From an uncultured Candidatus Rokubacteria bacterium (lineage in GTDB: Bacteria; Methylomirabilota; Methylomirabilia; Rokubacteriales; CSP1-6), in the NCBI GenBank assembly GCA_963789955.1, contig CAWBMV010000003.1, positions 96,001 to 160,000 on the forward strand: a stretch of 64,000 nucleotides of DNA, written 5' to 3'. Numbering within the stretch: position 1 is the first letter of the stretch; each line of letters opens with the position of its first letter. The notes under the pieces were generated by a model. It saw nothing but the letters and a program-made list of their open reading frames with translations, had not been told where the DNA came from and ran no database searches. This document shows positions 9,884-18,304 of this stretch, piece after piece. Made by a program: the position numbers and the translations under genes.

Positions 9884-10234
9884 ATGGCTATCATCCGCAT
9901 CCACACCGGTTCCGACGGCAAATCACACTTCCAGGAGATCGTGCCAAAGTTCGAGCCGCGCGGCGACAAATCCGAGACCGCCGAGCTGATTCCCGGCAGC
10001 GGGATCATCGTCCGCCGCTTCGAGCCGACGCGATCCAACCCGTGGCACCACGCGCCCGGCCGCTACGCGGTGTTCACCCTCTCGGGCGCGGTCGACATCG
10101 AGATCGGCGACGGCACGGTGCGCCGACTTGGTCCGGGCGATATCTTGATCGCCGAGGACTTGACCGGGCAGGGACACGCGACGCGGGAAGTCGGGCCGGA
10201 GGCGCGGGTGTCGGTGTTCGTGCCGCTGGCGTAG
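9884..10234 (+). CDS. Small cupin-fold protein, copy 3 (intact)
   Basis: WHHAP..TLSGAVDIEIGDG..PGDILIAEDLTGQGH cupin motifs, with the GGGAGGACCT RBS. Confidence 0.85.
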   Translation: MAIIRIHTGSDGKSHFQEIVPKFEPRGDKSETAELIPGSGIIVRRFEPTRSNPWHHAPGRYAVFTLSGAVDIEIGDGTVRRLGPGDILIAEDLTGQGHATREVGPEARVSVFVPLA

Positions 10235-10277
10235 GTGACAGGAGGTTGGTTGGGCCGTAAAAGGCCGGCAACCGCGA

Positions 10278-12077
10278 TTAGCGAACTTGAGCCGGCCGTG
10301 AGTCCGTGATGGTGAGCGTGATGCTGCCGATGAGCAAATAGCTGCCGGGTCCGGTTTGGTTGTAGACCTGCACGAGGACGGCGCCGGCCGAGAGACCCGG
10401 CGCGGGCCCACTGAGGCTGGTGGTGTTGGTTGGAAACGGCACGGTCAGCGTGGTGCCGCCGACGAGCGTTGTGGCCCTGGCCTGCCCCAACAACGCTCCG
10501 TCGCGTACAAAATTTACGACCGGCCGCCCGAAGCCGTTGTCAGCGAAGCGCTGGCCGTCAATCGTGAAGATTGCCGGACGAGTCGCCAGATCGATTGAAC
10601 TGGGTGTAATGCCCGTCACTTGAAGTGGCCGCGAATCCGTCACGTTGAGCGTGATACCGCCGACCAGCGAATAGCTGCTGGGGCCGGTCTGGTTGTAGAC
10701 CTGCACGAGGACGGCGCCACCGCCCAAGACTCCGAGCAACGGGCCGCTGAGGCTGGTGGCATTGGTTGGGAACGGCACGGTCAGAGTGGTGCTGGCGGCG
10801 AGAGAGTTTGCCCGGGCTTGTCCCAGCAGCACGCCACCGCGGGTGAGGTTCACCACCGGCGCGCCGAACCCAGTGTCCGTGAAGCGCTCGCCGACGACTA
10901 TGAACGTAGCAGGAAGGGGATTCGCAAGATCGAACGAACCGGGGGTGATGCTCGCCACTTGGGCCGGTGGTCCTGAATCCTGAACGTTGAGCGGGGTGCT
11001 GCCGACGAGAAGATAGCTGGTGGGGCCGGTCTGATTGTAGACCTGCACGAGGACGGGTCCGCCCGCCGAAAGCCCAGGTAAGGGGCCTTTGAGGGAGGTG
11101 GCATCAGTCGGGAATGGCACGGTGAGTGTAGATCTGCCTATGAGGGAGTTCGCCCGGGCTTGTCCCAGCAGCACGCCGCCGCGGTTGAAGTTCGCCATCG
11201 GCAGGCCGAAGCCCTTATCGGCGAATCCACCGCCAGCGAAGGTGAATGTAGCCGGGGGAGCGACCAGATCGATTGAATTGGGTGTAAGGCTTCTCACGCA
11301 GAGCGCGCAGGGGCGCATGTCGTTGACGGTGAGCGTGATGCTCCCGACGAGCAAATAACTGTTGGGTCCTGTTTGGTTGTAGACCTGCACGAGGACGGCG
11401 CCGGCGGTCGAGAGGCCGGTCAGTGGGCCCTTGAGGCTGGTGGAGTCAGTCGGGAACGGCACGGTGAGCGAAGTGCCGCCAGTGAGGGAGTTTGCCCGGG
11501 CTTGTCCAACTAGCCGTTCTGCGCGCGTGAAGCTCACCACCGGAAGTCCAAAGCCGGTGTCAGCGAACCGCTGGCCTGTGATGGCAAACGCAGTCGGAAG
11601 TGATTTTGTTAGGTCGAACGAGTCCGGAGTGATGCTCGTTACTCGAGCCGGCGGCCGCGAGTCCTGAACGGTGAGCGGGGCGCTGCCGACGATTAGATAA
11701 CTGGCGGGGCCGGTCTGGTTGTAGACCTGTACGAGGACGGGCTCGCCGGCCGAGAGCCCAGGCCAGGGGCCGCTGACGCTGGTGGCATTGGTCGGGAACG
11801 GCACGGTGAGCGTGGCGCTCGCGGCGAGCGTCAACGCGCGAGCCTGTCCCAGCAGTACGCCGCCGCGGGTGAAGTTTGCCACCGGTAGACCGAAGCCGTT
11901 GTCGACGAAGCCGTCGCCAGCGATGGTGAATGTAGCCGGGGGAGCGATCAGATCGATTGAGCTGGGTGTGAGGCTTCTCACGCAGAGCTCGCAGGGCTGC
12001 GTGTCGTTGACGGCGAGCGCAATGCGGGGAGCCAACGCCAGAAGCGCAACAACCCACAGTCGGAACATCCGATTCAT
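10278..12077 (-). CDS. Secreted protein made only of five ~113-aa Ig/IPT-like repeats
   Basis: Signal peptide MNRMFRLWVVALLALAPRIALA. Five repeats contain GFGxPxxxF..GQARA..LTVPFPT..VLVQVYNQTG. Confidence 0.8.
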   Translation of the reverse strand: MNRMFRLWVVALLALAPRIALAVNDTQPCELCVRSLTPSSIDLIAPPATFTIAGDGFVDNGFGLPVANFTRGGVLLGQARALTLAASATLTVPFPTNATSVSGPWPGLSAGEPVLVQVYNQTGPASYLIVGSAPLTVQDSRPPARVTSITPDSFDLTKSLPTAFAITGQRFADTGFGLPVVSFTRAERLVGQARANSLTGGTSLTVPFPTDSTSLKGPLTGLSTAGAVLVQVYNQTGPNSYLLVGSITLTVNDMRPCALCVRSLTPNSIDLVAPPATFTFAGGGFADKGFGLPMANFNRGGVLLGQARANSLIGRSTLTVPFPTDATSLKGPLPGLSAGGPVLVQVYNQTGPTSYLLVGSTPLNVQDSGPPAQVASITPGSFDLANPLPATFIVVGERFTDTGFGAPVVNLTRGGVLLGQARANSLAASTTLTVPFPTNATSLSGPLLGVLGGGAVLVQVYNQTGPSSYSLVGGITLNVTDSRPLQVTGITPSSIDLATRPAIFTIDGQRFADNGFGRPVVNFVRDGALLGQARATTLVGGTTLTVPFPTNTTSLSGPAPGLSAGAVLVQVYNQTGPGSYLLIGSITLTITDSRPAQVR

Positions 12078-12283
12078 CGCGCCTTCTCCGGTCTCCGAAG
12101 CGTGCGCGGAACCAATAGTAATGGTGGCGACAAGTGTCAACAATCAGGCGACGCAGAAGTGCGGATGGAGCCACGGGTTTTGCGCGATCCAGTGAAGCTC
12201 GCTTGCTCTAGGACCGCAGCGGGGAAGATCTAATCGTGCGGCAGCGCGTGTCGATGTTCGCCCCGTTGCGCTAGCGGTACGCG

Positions 12284-14194
12284 CTAGTCAATCGGGAAAG
12301 AGATGCTCGTGTAGCCGCCGGTATTGGCGAAAGAGCCGCTGGGCTGATCGGCGGTGTCGCCGGAATTCCGGACCCAGACGCCGACGGCGGAATTGGGGTT
12401 GGTTCTGCTCGGGGTCCAGATGACCGTGGAGCCGGTGGACCAATCGCTCAGCACAGTCCAGGTAGCGCCGTCCGAGATCCACCACTTGAACTGATACGGA
12501 GCGACGCCGCCCGTCGCGGCTGTCGTGAACGTGACGGGGAGGCCCGGTGGTTGGGGCGCGGCGAGGTTGGCCGTTAGACCGGTCAAGATCGGGAGCGACG
12601 CCTGAATCGGGAAAGGGATGCTCGTGTAGCCGCCGGTATTGGCGAAGGAGCCGCTGGGCTGATCGGCGGCGTCGCCGGCATTCCGGACCCAGACGCCGAC
12701 AGCGGAATTGGAGTTTGGCCCGCTCGAAGTCCAGGCAACCGTTGCGCTGGTGGACCAGTCCCTCAGCACGGTCCAGGTAACGCCGTCCGAGACCCACCAC
12801 TTGAACTGATAGGGCGCGAGGCCACCAGTTGCGGCGGTCGTGAACGTGACAGTGGAGCCCGGTGGCTGGGGCGCGGCGCGGTTCGCCGTCAGGCTGGTCA
12901 AGGTGGGGAGCGACGCCTGAATCGGGAAAGCGATGCTCATGGAGCCGGCGGTATTGGCGAAGGAGCCACTGGGCTGATCGGCGGTTTCGCCGGCGCTCCG
13001 CACCCAGACGCCGACCGCAGAGTTGGGGTTGGGCGTGCTTGGGGTCCACGCGAAGGTGCCGCTCGTGGACCAGTCCCTCGCTATGGCCCACGTCGTACCG
13101 TTGAAAAGCCACCACTTGAACTGATACGGCGCGGTGCCGGCAGTCGCGGTCGCGGTGAACGTGATGGTGGAGCCCGGCGACTGCGGTGAGGCGAGGTTCG
13201 CGGTCAGCCCCGTCAAGCTCGCGAACGTCGCCTGAATCGGGAAGGCGATGGTCATGGAGCCGGCGGGATTGGCGAAGGAGCCACTGGGCTGATCGGCGGT
13301 CTCGCCGGCGCTCCGGACCCAGACGCCAACAGCGAAGTTGGGATTGGGCGCGCTCGGGGTCCACGCGAAGGTGTTGCTCGTCGACCAGTCTCTCGCTATG
13401 GCCCAGGCCGTCCCGTCAAACAGCCACCACTTGAACTGATACGGTGCAGTGCCGGAGGTTGCGGTGGCGGTGAACGTGATGGTGGAGCCCGGCGACTGCG
13501 GCGCGGCGCGGTTCGCGGTCAGATTCGTGAGCGTCGCCGCGCCGGTGCCGGTACCCGACGCGGTCTGCGAGATCGTGTCGCCGTCCGCGGTAATGACCAC
13601 GTTTGCAGTAGCGGTCGCGACCGTCGTCGGGCTGAAGCGCACGGTCACTGTCTGGGTTGCGTTCAAGCCGACGAGATTGAACGGACTGCCGGAAACGACG
13701 CTGAACGGTGCGGGAACCGACACGGCCCCGGAAACGGTCCCACCGATTATGTTCTGCACCGTGAAGGTCTGGTCAGCGAATGCGCCCAAGGCAACGCCGC
13801 CAAAATTCATGGGGCCGCCCGGGCTCACTATAAAACTGCTTCGCGCGGCGGCGGCGACCGCCGTCGAGCACGCGCTCTCGTTGCCGCCGAAATCTACCGC
13901 CGTGACAGCCACGAAATACGTTGTGCCATTCTTGAGTCCGGTCAGCTTGAACGTCGCGCTCTGATTCGCCTGTGGCGTCGCGGTGGGGGATGCCATTTGA
14001 AAAACAAAGGGTCCCGGGCACGGCGTGCCACCGTTCGAGTAATAGATTCGAAACAACGCAAGATCGGTTAGCGGAGTGCCGTCGGAATTGGTCGTCGGCA
14101 ACGTCCAGGACGCGTCGAGTACTCCAGCGCGTGCCGAGCTCGTAGAGAGCAGAAGAAGTGCTACGACCAGGCCGAAAGTCAGGCTTCGCCGCAT
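12284..14194 (-). CDS. Secreted multidomain surface protein: FN3-like domain, Ig-like domain, four ~104-aa beta repeats
   Basis: Signal peptide MRRSLTFGLVVALLLL..ARA. FN3-like LTGLKNGTTYFVAVTAVD..ES. Four repeats contain PYQFKWW..DWST..WT..AVGVWVR..ADQPSGSFAN. Confidence 0.8.
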   Translation of the reverse strand: MRRSLTFGLVVALLLLSTSSARAGVLDASWTLPTTNSDGTPLTDLALFRIYYSNGGTPCPGPFVFQMASPTATPQANQSATFKLTGLKNGTTYFVAVTAVDFGGNESACSTAVAAAARSSFIVSPGGPMNFGGVALGAFADQTFTVQNIIGGTVSGAVSVPAPFSVVSGSPFNLVGLNATQTVTVRFSPTTVATATANVVITADGDTISQTASGTGTGAATLTNLTANRAAPQSPGSTITFTATATSGTAPYQFKWWLFDGTAWAIARDWSTSNTFAWTPSAPNPNFAVGVWVRSAGETADQPSGSFANPAGSMTIAFPIQATFASLTGLTANLASPQSPGSTITFTATATAGTAPYQFKWWLFNGTTWAIARDWSTSGTFAWTPSTPNPNSAVGVWVRSAGETADQPSGSFANTAGSMSIAFPIQASLPTLTSLTANRAAPQPPGSTVTFTTAATGGLAPYQFKWWVSDGVTWTVLRDWSTSATVAWTSSGPNSNSAVGVWVRNAGDAADQPSGSFANTGGYTSIPFPIQASLPILTGLTANLAAPQPPGLPVTFTTAATGGVAPYQFKWWISDGATWTVLSDWSTGSTVIWTPSRTNPNSAVGVWVRNSGDTADQPSGSFANTGGYTSISFPID

Positions 14195-14211
14195 GAACGC
14201 GGAGCGCAAGG

Positions 14212-14228
14212 TGCACAGGCCCTGCCAA
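14212..14228 (-). promoter_or_regulatory. Possible sigma-54 (-24/-12) promoter
   Basis: Minus strand TTGGCAGGGCCTGTGCA = GG-N10-GC, immediately upstream of ATG 14194. Confidence 0.35.
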
Positions 14229-14585
14229 TTGAGCGTTGTTCCGTCGAAAGGCACTTAAGTGGGTACGATCCTGTGAAAGGTCGCTCGTCTCATTGGGCGC
14301 GATCGCTGTCCGCGCCTCACCCGAAAGTGTCAGGTATCTGTCACTTGCGACAGGACGCCAACAGTGGCGCCGCAAAGATTGAAACGTTTCGGGGGGCGCT
14401 GTCAAGCCGGGAATTACCCGAGCCCGCCGCATTCCTCCGGCGTCGTACGAGATGTCGCGAGACTCGCGCTCGATTCCGGAGTTTAGCGCGCTGGCGGCGG
14501 TTGTGGATAAGTACGACTAGGCTGCGTTCTTTATTTGAAAAGCCACAAATATCAAGCTCGGTTGCGCACCCGTCAGCGTCCCGAC

Positions 14586-15527
14586 TCAGCGGGCTGAGTC
14601 GCAACTCTCTTCGCGCAGCCAGTTGAGAGTTCGAGCGAGCCCCTCGATGAATGGGATGGTCGGGGCCCAGCCGAGGATATCGCGTGCCCGTTTTATGTCG
14701 AGAACGTTGGAGGGCACGTCGAAGCTACGCGCAGGTTTGTGGACGCGCGTCACGGGTCGTCCGAGCAGCTGTTCGATCGCGGCGAGAATCTCGTTCAGGC
14801 TTCGTCCCTGGCCCGAACCGATATTGAAGACTCGCTGCCCGCCGTCGTGGCTGAGCGCGCGGAGAAACGCGTCCACGACGTCCTTGATGTAGATGTAGTC
14901 GCGCCTCACGCTCCCATCGCCCCAGATCTCGATCGTCTCTCCGTGCAGCGCCTTGTGAAGAAACACGGTGACGGCGCCCTGCGCGGCCGCGACCCTCTGG
15001 CGCTCGCCGAATGGGTTCGCCAGGCGAAGCACGCAATAGTCGACGCCGTAGAGCGCCGAGTACATGTGGAGATACTTCTCGATGGCGAGCTTCGTGATGC
15101 CGTACGAGACAATCGGGTCGGTCGGATGGGTTTCGGCGATCGGGTCGGATAGGGTTGCCCCGTATACCGTGCCGCCCGACGAGACGAAGATGATCTTCCT
15201 GACGGCAGCAGCCTTCGCCAGATCGAGGAGCCGCAGACTCCCGATCAAATTCGTCTGCACATCGTAGATCGGATTGTCGTTCGACGATCGCGGCAGCGTC
15301 GTGTAGGCGAGGTGGAATATCGCGTCACAGCCCGGGAGGATGCGCGACACGTCCTCTTCGTTGGTGAAGTCGCCTTCGAGCCATTCCACTCGGGGGTCCG
15401 TCGCGAGGATGGAGGGGCGGATCACGTTCGGCCGATCGAATATTCGTACGTGATGCCCGGCCTGCAAAAGGCCCTCGGCGAGATGCGAACCAATGAATCC
15501 GGCGCCACCCAGGATCAGGCACTTCAT
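14586..15527 (-). CDS. NAD-dependent nucleotide-sugar epimerase/dehydratase
   Basis: MKCLILGGAGFIG, SSGGTVYG, YGITK, RDYIYIKD. Confidence 0.9.
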   Translation of the reverse strand: MKCLILGGAGFIGSHLAEGLLQAGHHVRIFDRPNVIRPSILATDPRVEWLEGDFTNEEDVSRILPGCDAIFHLAYTTLPRSSNDNPIYDVQTNLIGSLRLLDLAKAAAVRKIIFVSSGGTVYGATLSDPIAETHPTDPIVSYGITKLAIEKYLHMYSALYGVDYCVLRLANPFGERQRVAAAQGAVTVFLHKALHGETIEIWGDGSVRRDYIYIKDVVDAFLRALSHDGGQRVFNIGSGQGRSLNEILAAIEQLLGRPVTRVHKPARSFDVPSNVLDIKRARDILGWAPTIPFIEGLARTLNWLREESCDSAR

Positions 15528-16885
15528 GCGCGAGCCGCCCGGCCGTCGAGGAGAGAGCGGTAGACGGCGATGAGCTCCTCGACATAGACCGACATGGGCT
15601 TCGGGGTCCGCGCTCGTCGGGATAGCTGGGCCAGCAGGGTGCGGTCTCCGGCGAGTCTCGCGAGACTCAGTGCGAGCTGCCGCGCGTCTCCGGTCGGAAA
15701 GAGCAGCCCGTTGTCCTCGTGCGTCACGACCTCGGATACGCCCCCGACGTCGGACCCGATGATCGGACATCCAGCGGCCTGAGCCGAATAGACGACAAGT
15801 GGGGTGTTCTCGACCCATACCGAAGGCACGACCAACACGTCCATCTGCGCAAGGATCAGTCCGATCTGATCGTTGGGGAAGGTGCCGAGAAACTCCACGC
15901 GGCGATCGCGTTGCGCGAGTTGTCGCAGCCCAAGAGCGTAGTCGGCGGAATCCGCCTCTCGTCCATAGATCAGGACACGGATGTTCAGCTCCGGAAGCAA
16001 GCGTATCGCCTCGAGCAAGACGTGAGCGCCCTTGACGTGGGCGAGCGTTCCAATGAAACCGACCCGTAGGGCGTCAGGAGCCGTCGTGCGCGGCGCCACC
16101 GCGGCTGGCAGCTCAATTCCGTATGGGCAATACATCAGGCGTGAGGCATCCAGACCACACCGCTCAAGCGTGGCAAGCATCATCTTGGTAGGGGCGAGGA
16201 TCCGGTCGATTTGTCTCAGCCGGCTGAGCACAAAGTGCGGGCGCCTGCTCAGGGCATCGACGTGGCGGGCCGCTTGGAATCGAGCGAGAGGCCTCCGTGA
16301 CGAGCGTCGAGCGAGGGCCGCCAGGACACCCTCCGGAAGCAGATTGACCAGCGTGGCCGGCGCGCCCGGTTTCCTGATCGAAACGATGTGCCGGAGGCAA
16401 TTGATTCCGTTCTCGCTGGGCCCCCCGCAGAAGCTGCCGTCCGGGAGGCGCAGGTGAACGGTTGGACACATGAACCAGAAATCGGTGGGTGTCAGAACCA
16501 TGGGTAACAGGTGCCTGGCGCAGACGTCGACGATCGAAGCCGACAAGCGCATCAGGTGAAAGAAGTGTACGACGTCGGGCCGGTAGACGTCGAGCAGGCG
16601 GTCGAAGTACTCAGCGACCAGCAAGTTGTTGTATTCGGATTCGACGAAATTGTCCTGGCTTCCCATCGGTGTCGCGGACCGCTTGAAGCGGTCTACCTGG
16701 ATACCGCGATACTCATACTGATCGAAGCGTTCGTGGTCTGACAATGCCGTCCGAGCAGGGTACCCGGTGACGATCCGGACGGTATGACCGCGTTCCTTCA
16801 GCGCCAAGGCCGACGTCAACGTCAGAACCTCCGTACCGGTCGAATGCTCGGGCAGAAATTGATGGACAGTCAGAAGGATCCGCAT
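15524..16885 (-). CDS. GT4 glycosyltransferase
   Basis: MRILLTVHQF..GTE, GFIGTLAHVKG, PSVWVENTPLV. Confidence 0.88.
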   Translation of the reverse strand: MRILLTVHQFLPEHSTGTEVLTLTSALALKERGHTVRIVTGYPARTALSDHERFDQYEYRGIQVDRFKRSATPMGSQDNFVESEYNNLLVAEYFDRLLDVYRPDVVHFFHLMRLSASIVDVCARHLLPMVLTPTDFWFMCPTVHLRLPDGSFCGGPSENGINCLRHIVSIRKPGAPATLVNLLPEGVLAALARRSSRRPLARFQAARHVDALSRRPHFVLSRLRQIDRILAPTKMMLATLERCGLDASRLMYCPYGIELPAAVAPRTTAPDALRVGFIGTLAHVKGAHVLLEAIRLLPELNIRVLIYGREADSADYALGLRQLAQRDRRVEFLGTFPNDQIGLILAQMDVLVVPSVWVENTPLVVYSAQAAGCPIIGSDVGGVSEVVTHEDNGLLFPTGDARQLALSLARLAGDRTLLAQLSRRARTPKPMSVYVEELIAVYRSLLDGRAARA

Positions 16886-18225
16886 GCGGCGGCCTTGGCA
16901 AACGCGTAGACGCTCAGGACGTCCTCGACCATCGCATGGGTCGTCCTGGTGTACTCGGTCGTTGGGGACATCGTCGCGGCCAACGACGAATCGTCGACGA
17001 ATCGGCTCAGCACGCGCGTCAGATCGTCCACGCTGCCGAGGGCGAATCGGAATCCGCTCCGGCCCTCATCGACGAACTCGGTGAGTCCGGCGACATCGGA
17101 GACGACCACCGGCGTATGAGTAGCCAGCGCGCTGAGGAGGACGAGAGGGCTGTTTTCGGGCCAGCGCGACGGGATGATGACGACGTCGAGTCCGGCGAGG
17201 ATCTCCGCCATCTTCTCGCTTGGGAACGTGCCGAGAAAGCGGATCGCGTGACCGACCGCCGCACGCTTGAGCGTCGACGTGTAGGCCGGTGCTTGATCTT
17301 CGGGACCATAGATCTGCAGGCGGCTGCTCCCGCGCGGAAGTCGCGTGAATGCGTCGATCAGCAAGTCCGGTCCCTTGTGGGGAGCGAGTTGGCCGATGAA
17401 GCCGAACGAGACGGGCGTTCCCGGGTTACGTCGTGGTTTGGGCTCGCGCGAGATATCGACGCCAAATCGGATGTCGAACCAACGGAGGTCGAGGCCGTTC
17501 GCCACATACGCGTCGCGTAGGAAGCGCGTCGGGGCAATGACAGCGCGGTAGGTTTGGTAGGACGCGTGAAGGATGTCGGGGCGCATTCGCAGATCGTGGA
17601 CCAGCCGCCCCAGCCGAGTCGTCCGAGGTCCGGGAACACGCGCCACCATCGTCATGGCCAGAGCTGCGGCGGACACCCAGGCCGGCCTGGCTACCACTCG
17701 TCCCTTCCGATGAGGGTTGGCTTGGGCAGCGGCTTTGAGGTGGCAGGCGACGCAGTTCGCCCGAGTCCTGCTCGGGCCAGGGCACAGCGAGCCGTCGGCG
17801 GCCTCCAGCCGATTGTTGTAGCAGAATCCGAAGAAATCGGTCAGCGTTGCGACTGCCGGCACGCCCAGGTCGCGCACGACCTCGAGCAGGACGGCGGTGT
17901 GGTTGATCAGGTGGGTGACATGAACGATCTCGGGGCGAATGTCTTCCAGCACGCCCTTCAGGGTGTCCCGTAGCGCTTCCTGATAGTACGTCTCCTTGAC
18001 GCGGCGCTGCGGGATGTAGTTCTTATCGATGCAGTAGACGCGGAGACCGTCGTAACGGTACGTCGTCACCGCACTTTCGCGGCGTGGCTCTCCCGGGAAC
18101 GCCGCCGAGACCACGACGGGATCGTGCCCCATGCTCCGCAGTTGCCTTGCCACCTGCAGCGTATACGTCTCGGTGCCGTAGAAATGATTGGGAAAAAAGC
18201 AGTGAACGAACAGGGCGATCTTCAT
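16870..18225 (-). CDS. GT4 glycosyltransferase (paralog of its neighbour)
   Basis: Start MKIALFVHCF..GTE at 18225. GFIGQLAPHKG, PSRWPENSPLV. Confidence 0.88.
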   Translation of the reverse strand: MKIALFVHCFFPNHFYGTETYTLQVARQLRSMGHDPVVVSAAFPGEPRRESAVTTYRYDGLRVYCIDKNYIPQRRVKETYYQEALRDTLKGVLEDIRPEIVHVTHLINHTAVLLEVVRDLGVPAVATLTDFFGFCYNNRLEAADGSLCPGPSRTRANCVACHLKAAAQANPHRKGRVVARPAWVSAAALAMTMVARVPGPRTTRLGRLVHDLRMRPDILHASYQTYRAVIAPTRFLRDAYVANGLDLRWFDIRFGVDISREPKPRRNPGTPVSFGFIGQLAPHKGPDLLIDAFTRLPRGSSRLQIYGPEDQAPAYTSTLKRAAVGHAIRFLGTFPSEKMAEILAGLDVVIIPSRWPENSPLVLLSALATHTPVVVSDVAGLTEFVDEGRSGFRFALGSVDDLTRVLSRFVDDSSLAATMSPTTEYTRTTHAMVEDVLSVYAFAKAAACGSF

Positions 18226-18304
18226 CTGGGGCGGGAGCGAACCGCTGCGTGCACGATGACGGCACCGGAGTCGTAGGGCTCGACCGGGGTGTTGACGTGC
18301 CCGA

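Noticed and set aside
10248..10273. Hairpin between the convergent cupin and repeat-protein genes as a terminator
   Set aside because: Short interrupted stem with no U-tract; too weak to call.
10278..13535. Repeats as a CRISPR array or DGR template/variable pair
   Set aside because: They are in-frame protein domain repeats of 300+ bp with no spacers. No adenine-specific pattern was noticed, and no cas or reverse transcriptase gene is in the window.
14502..14510. Perfect DnaA box TGTGGATAA
   Set aside because: Single copy, with no box cluster, AT-rich unwinding element or replication genes nearby.
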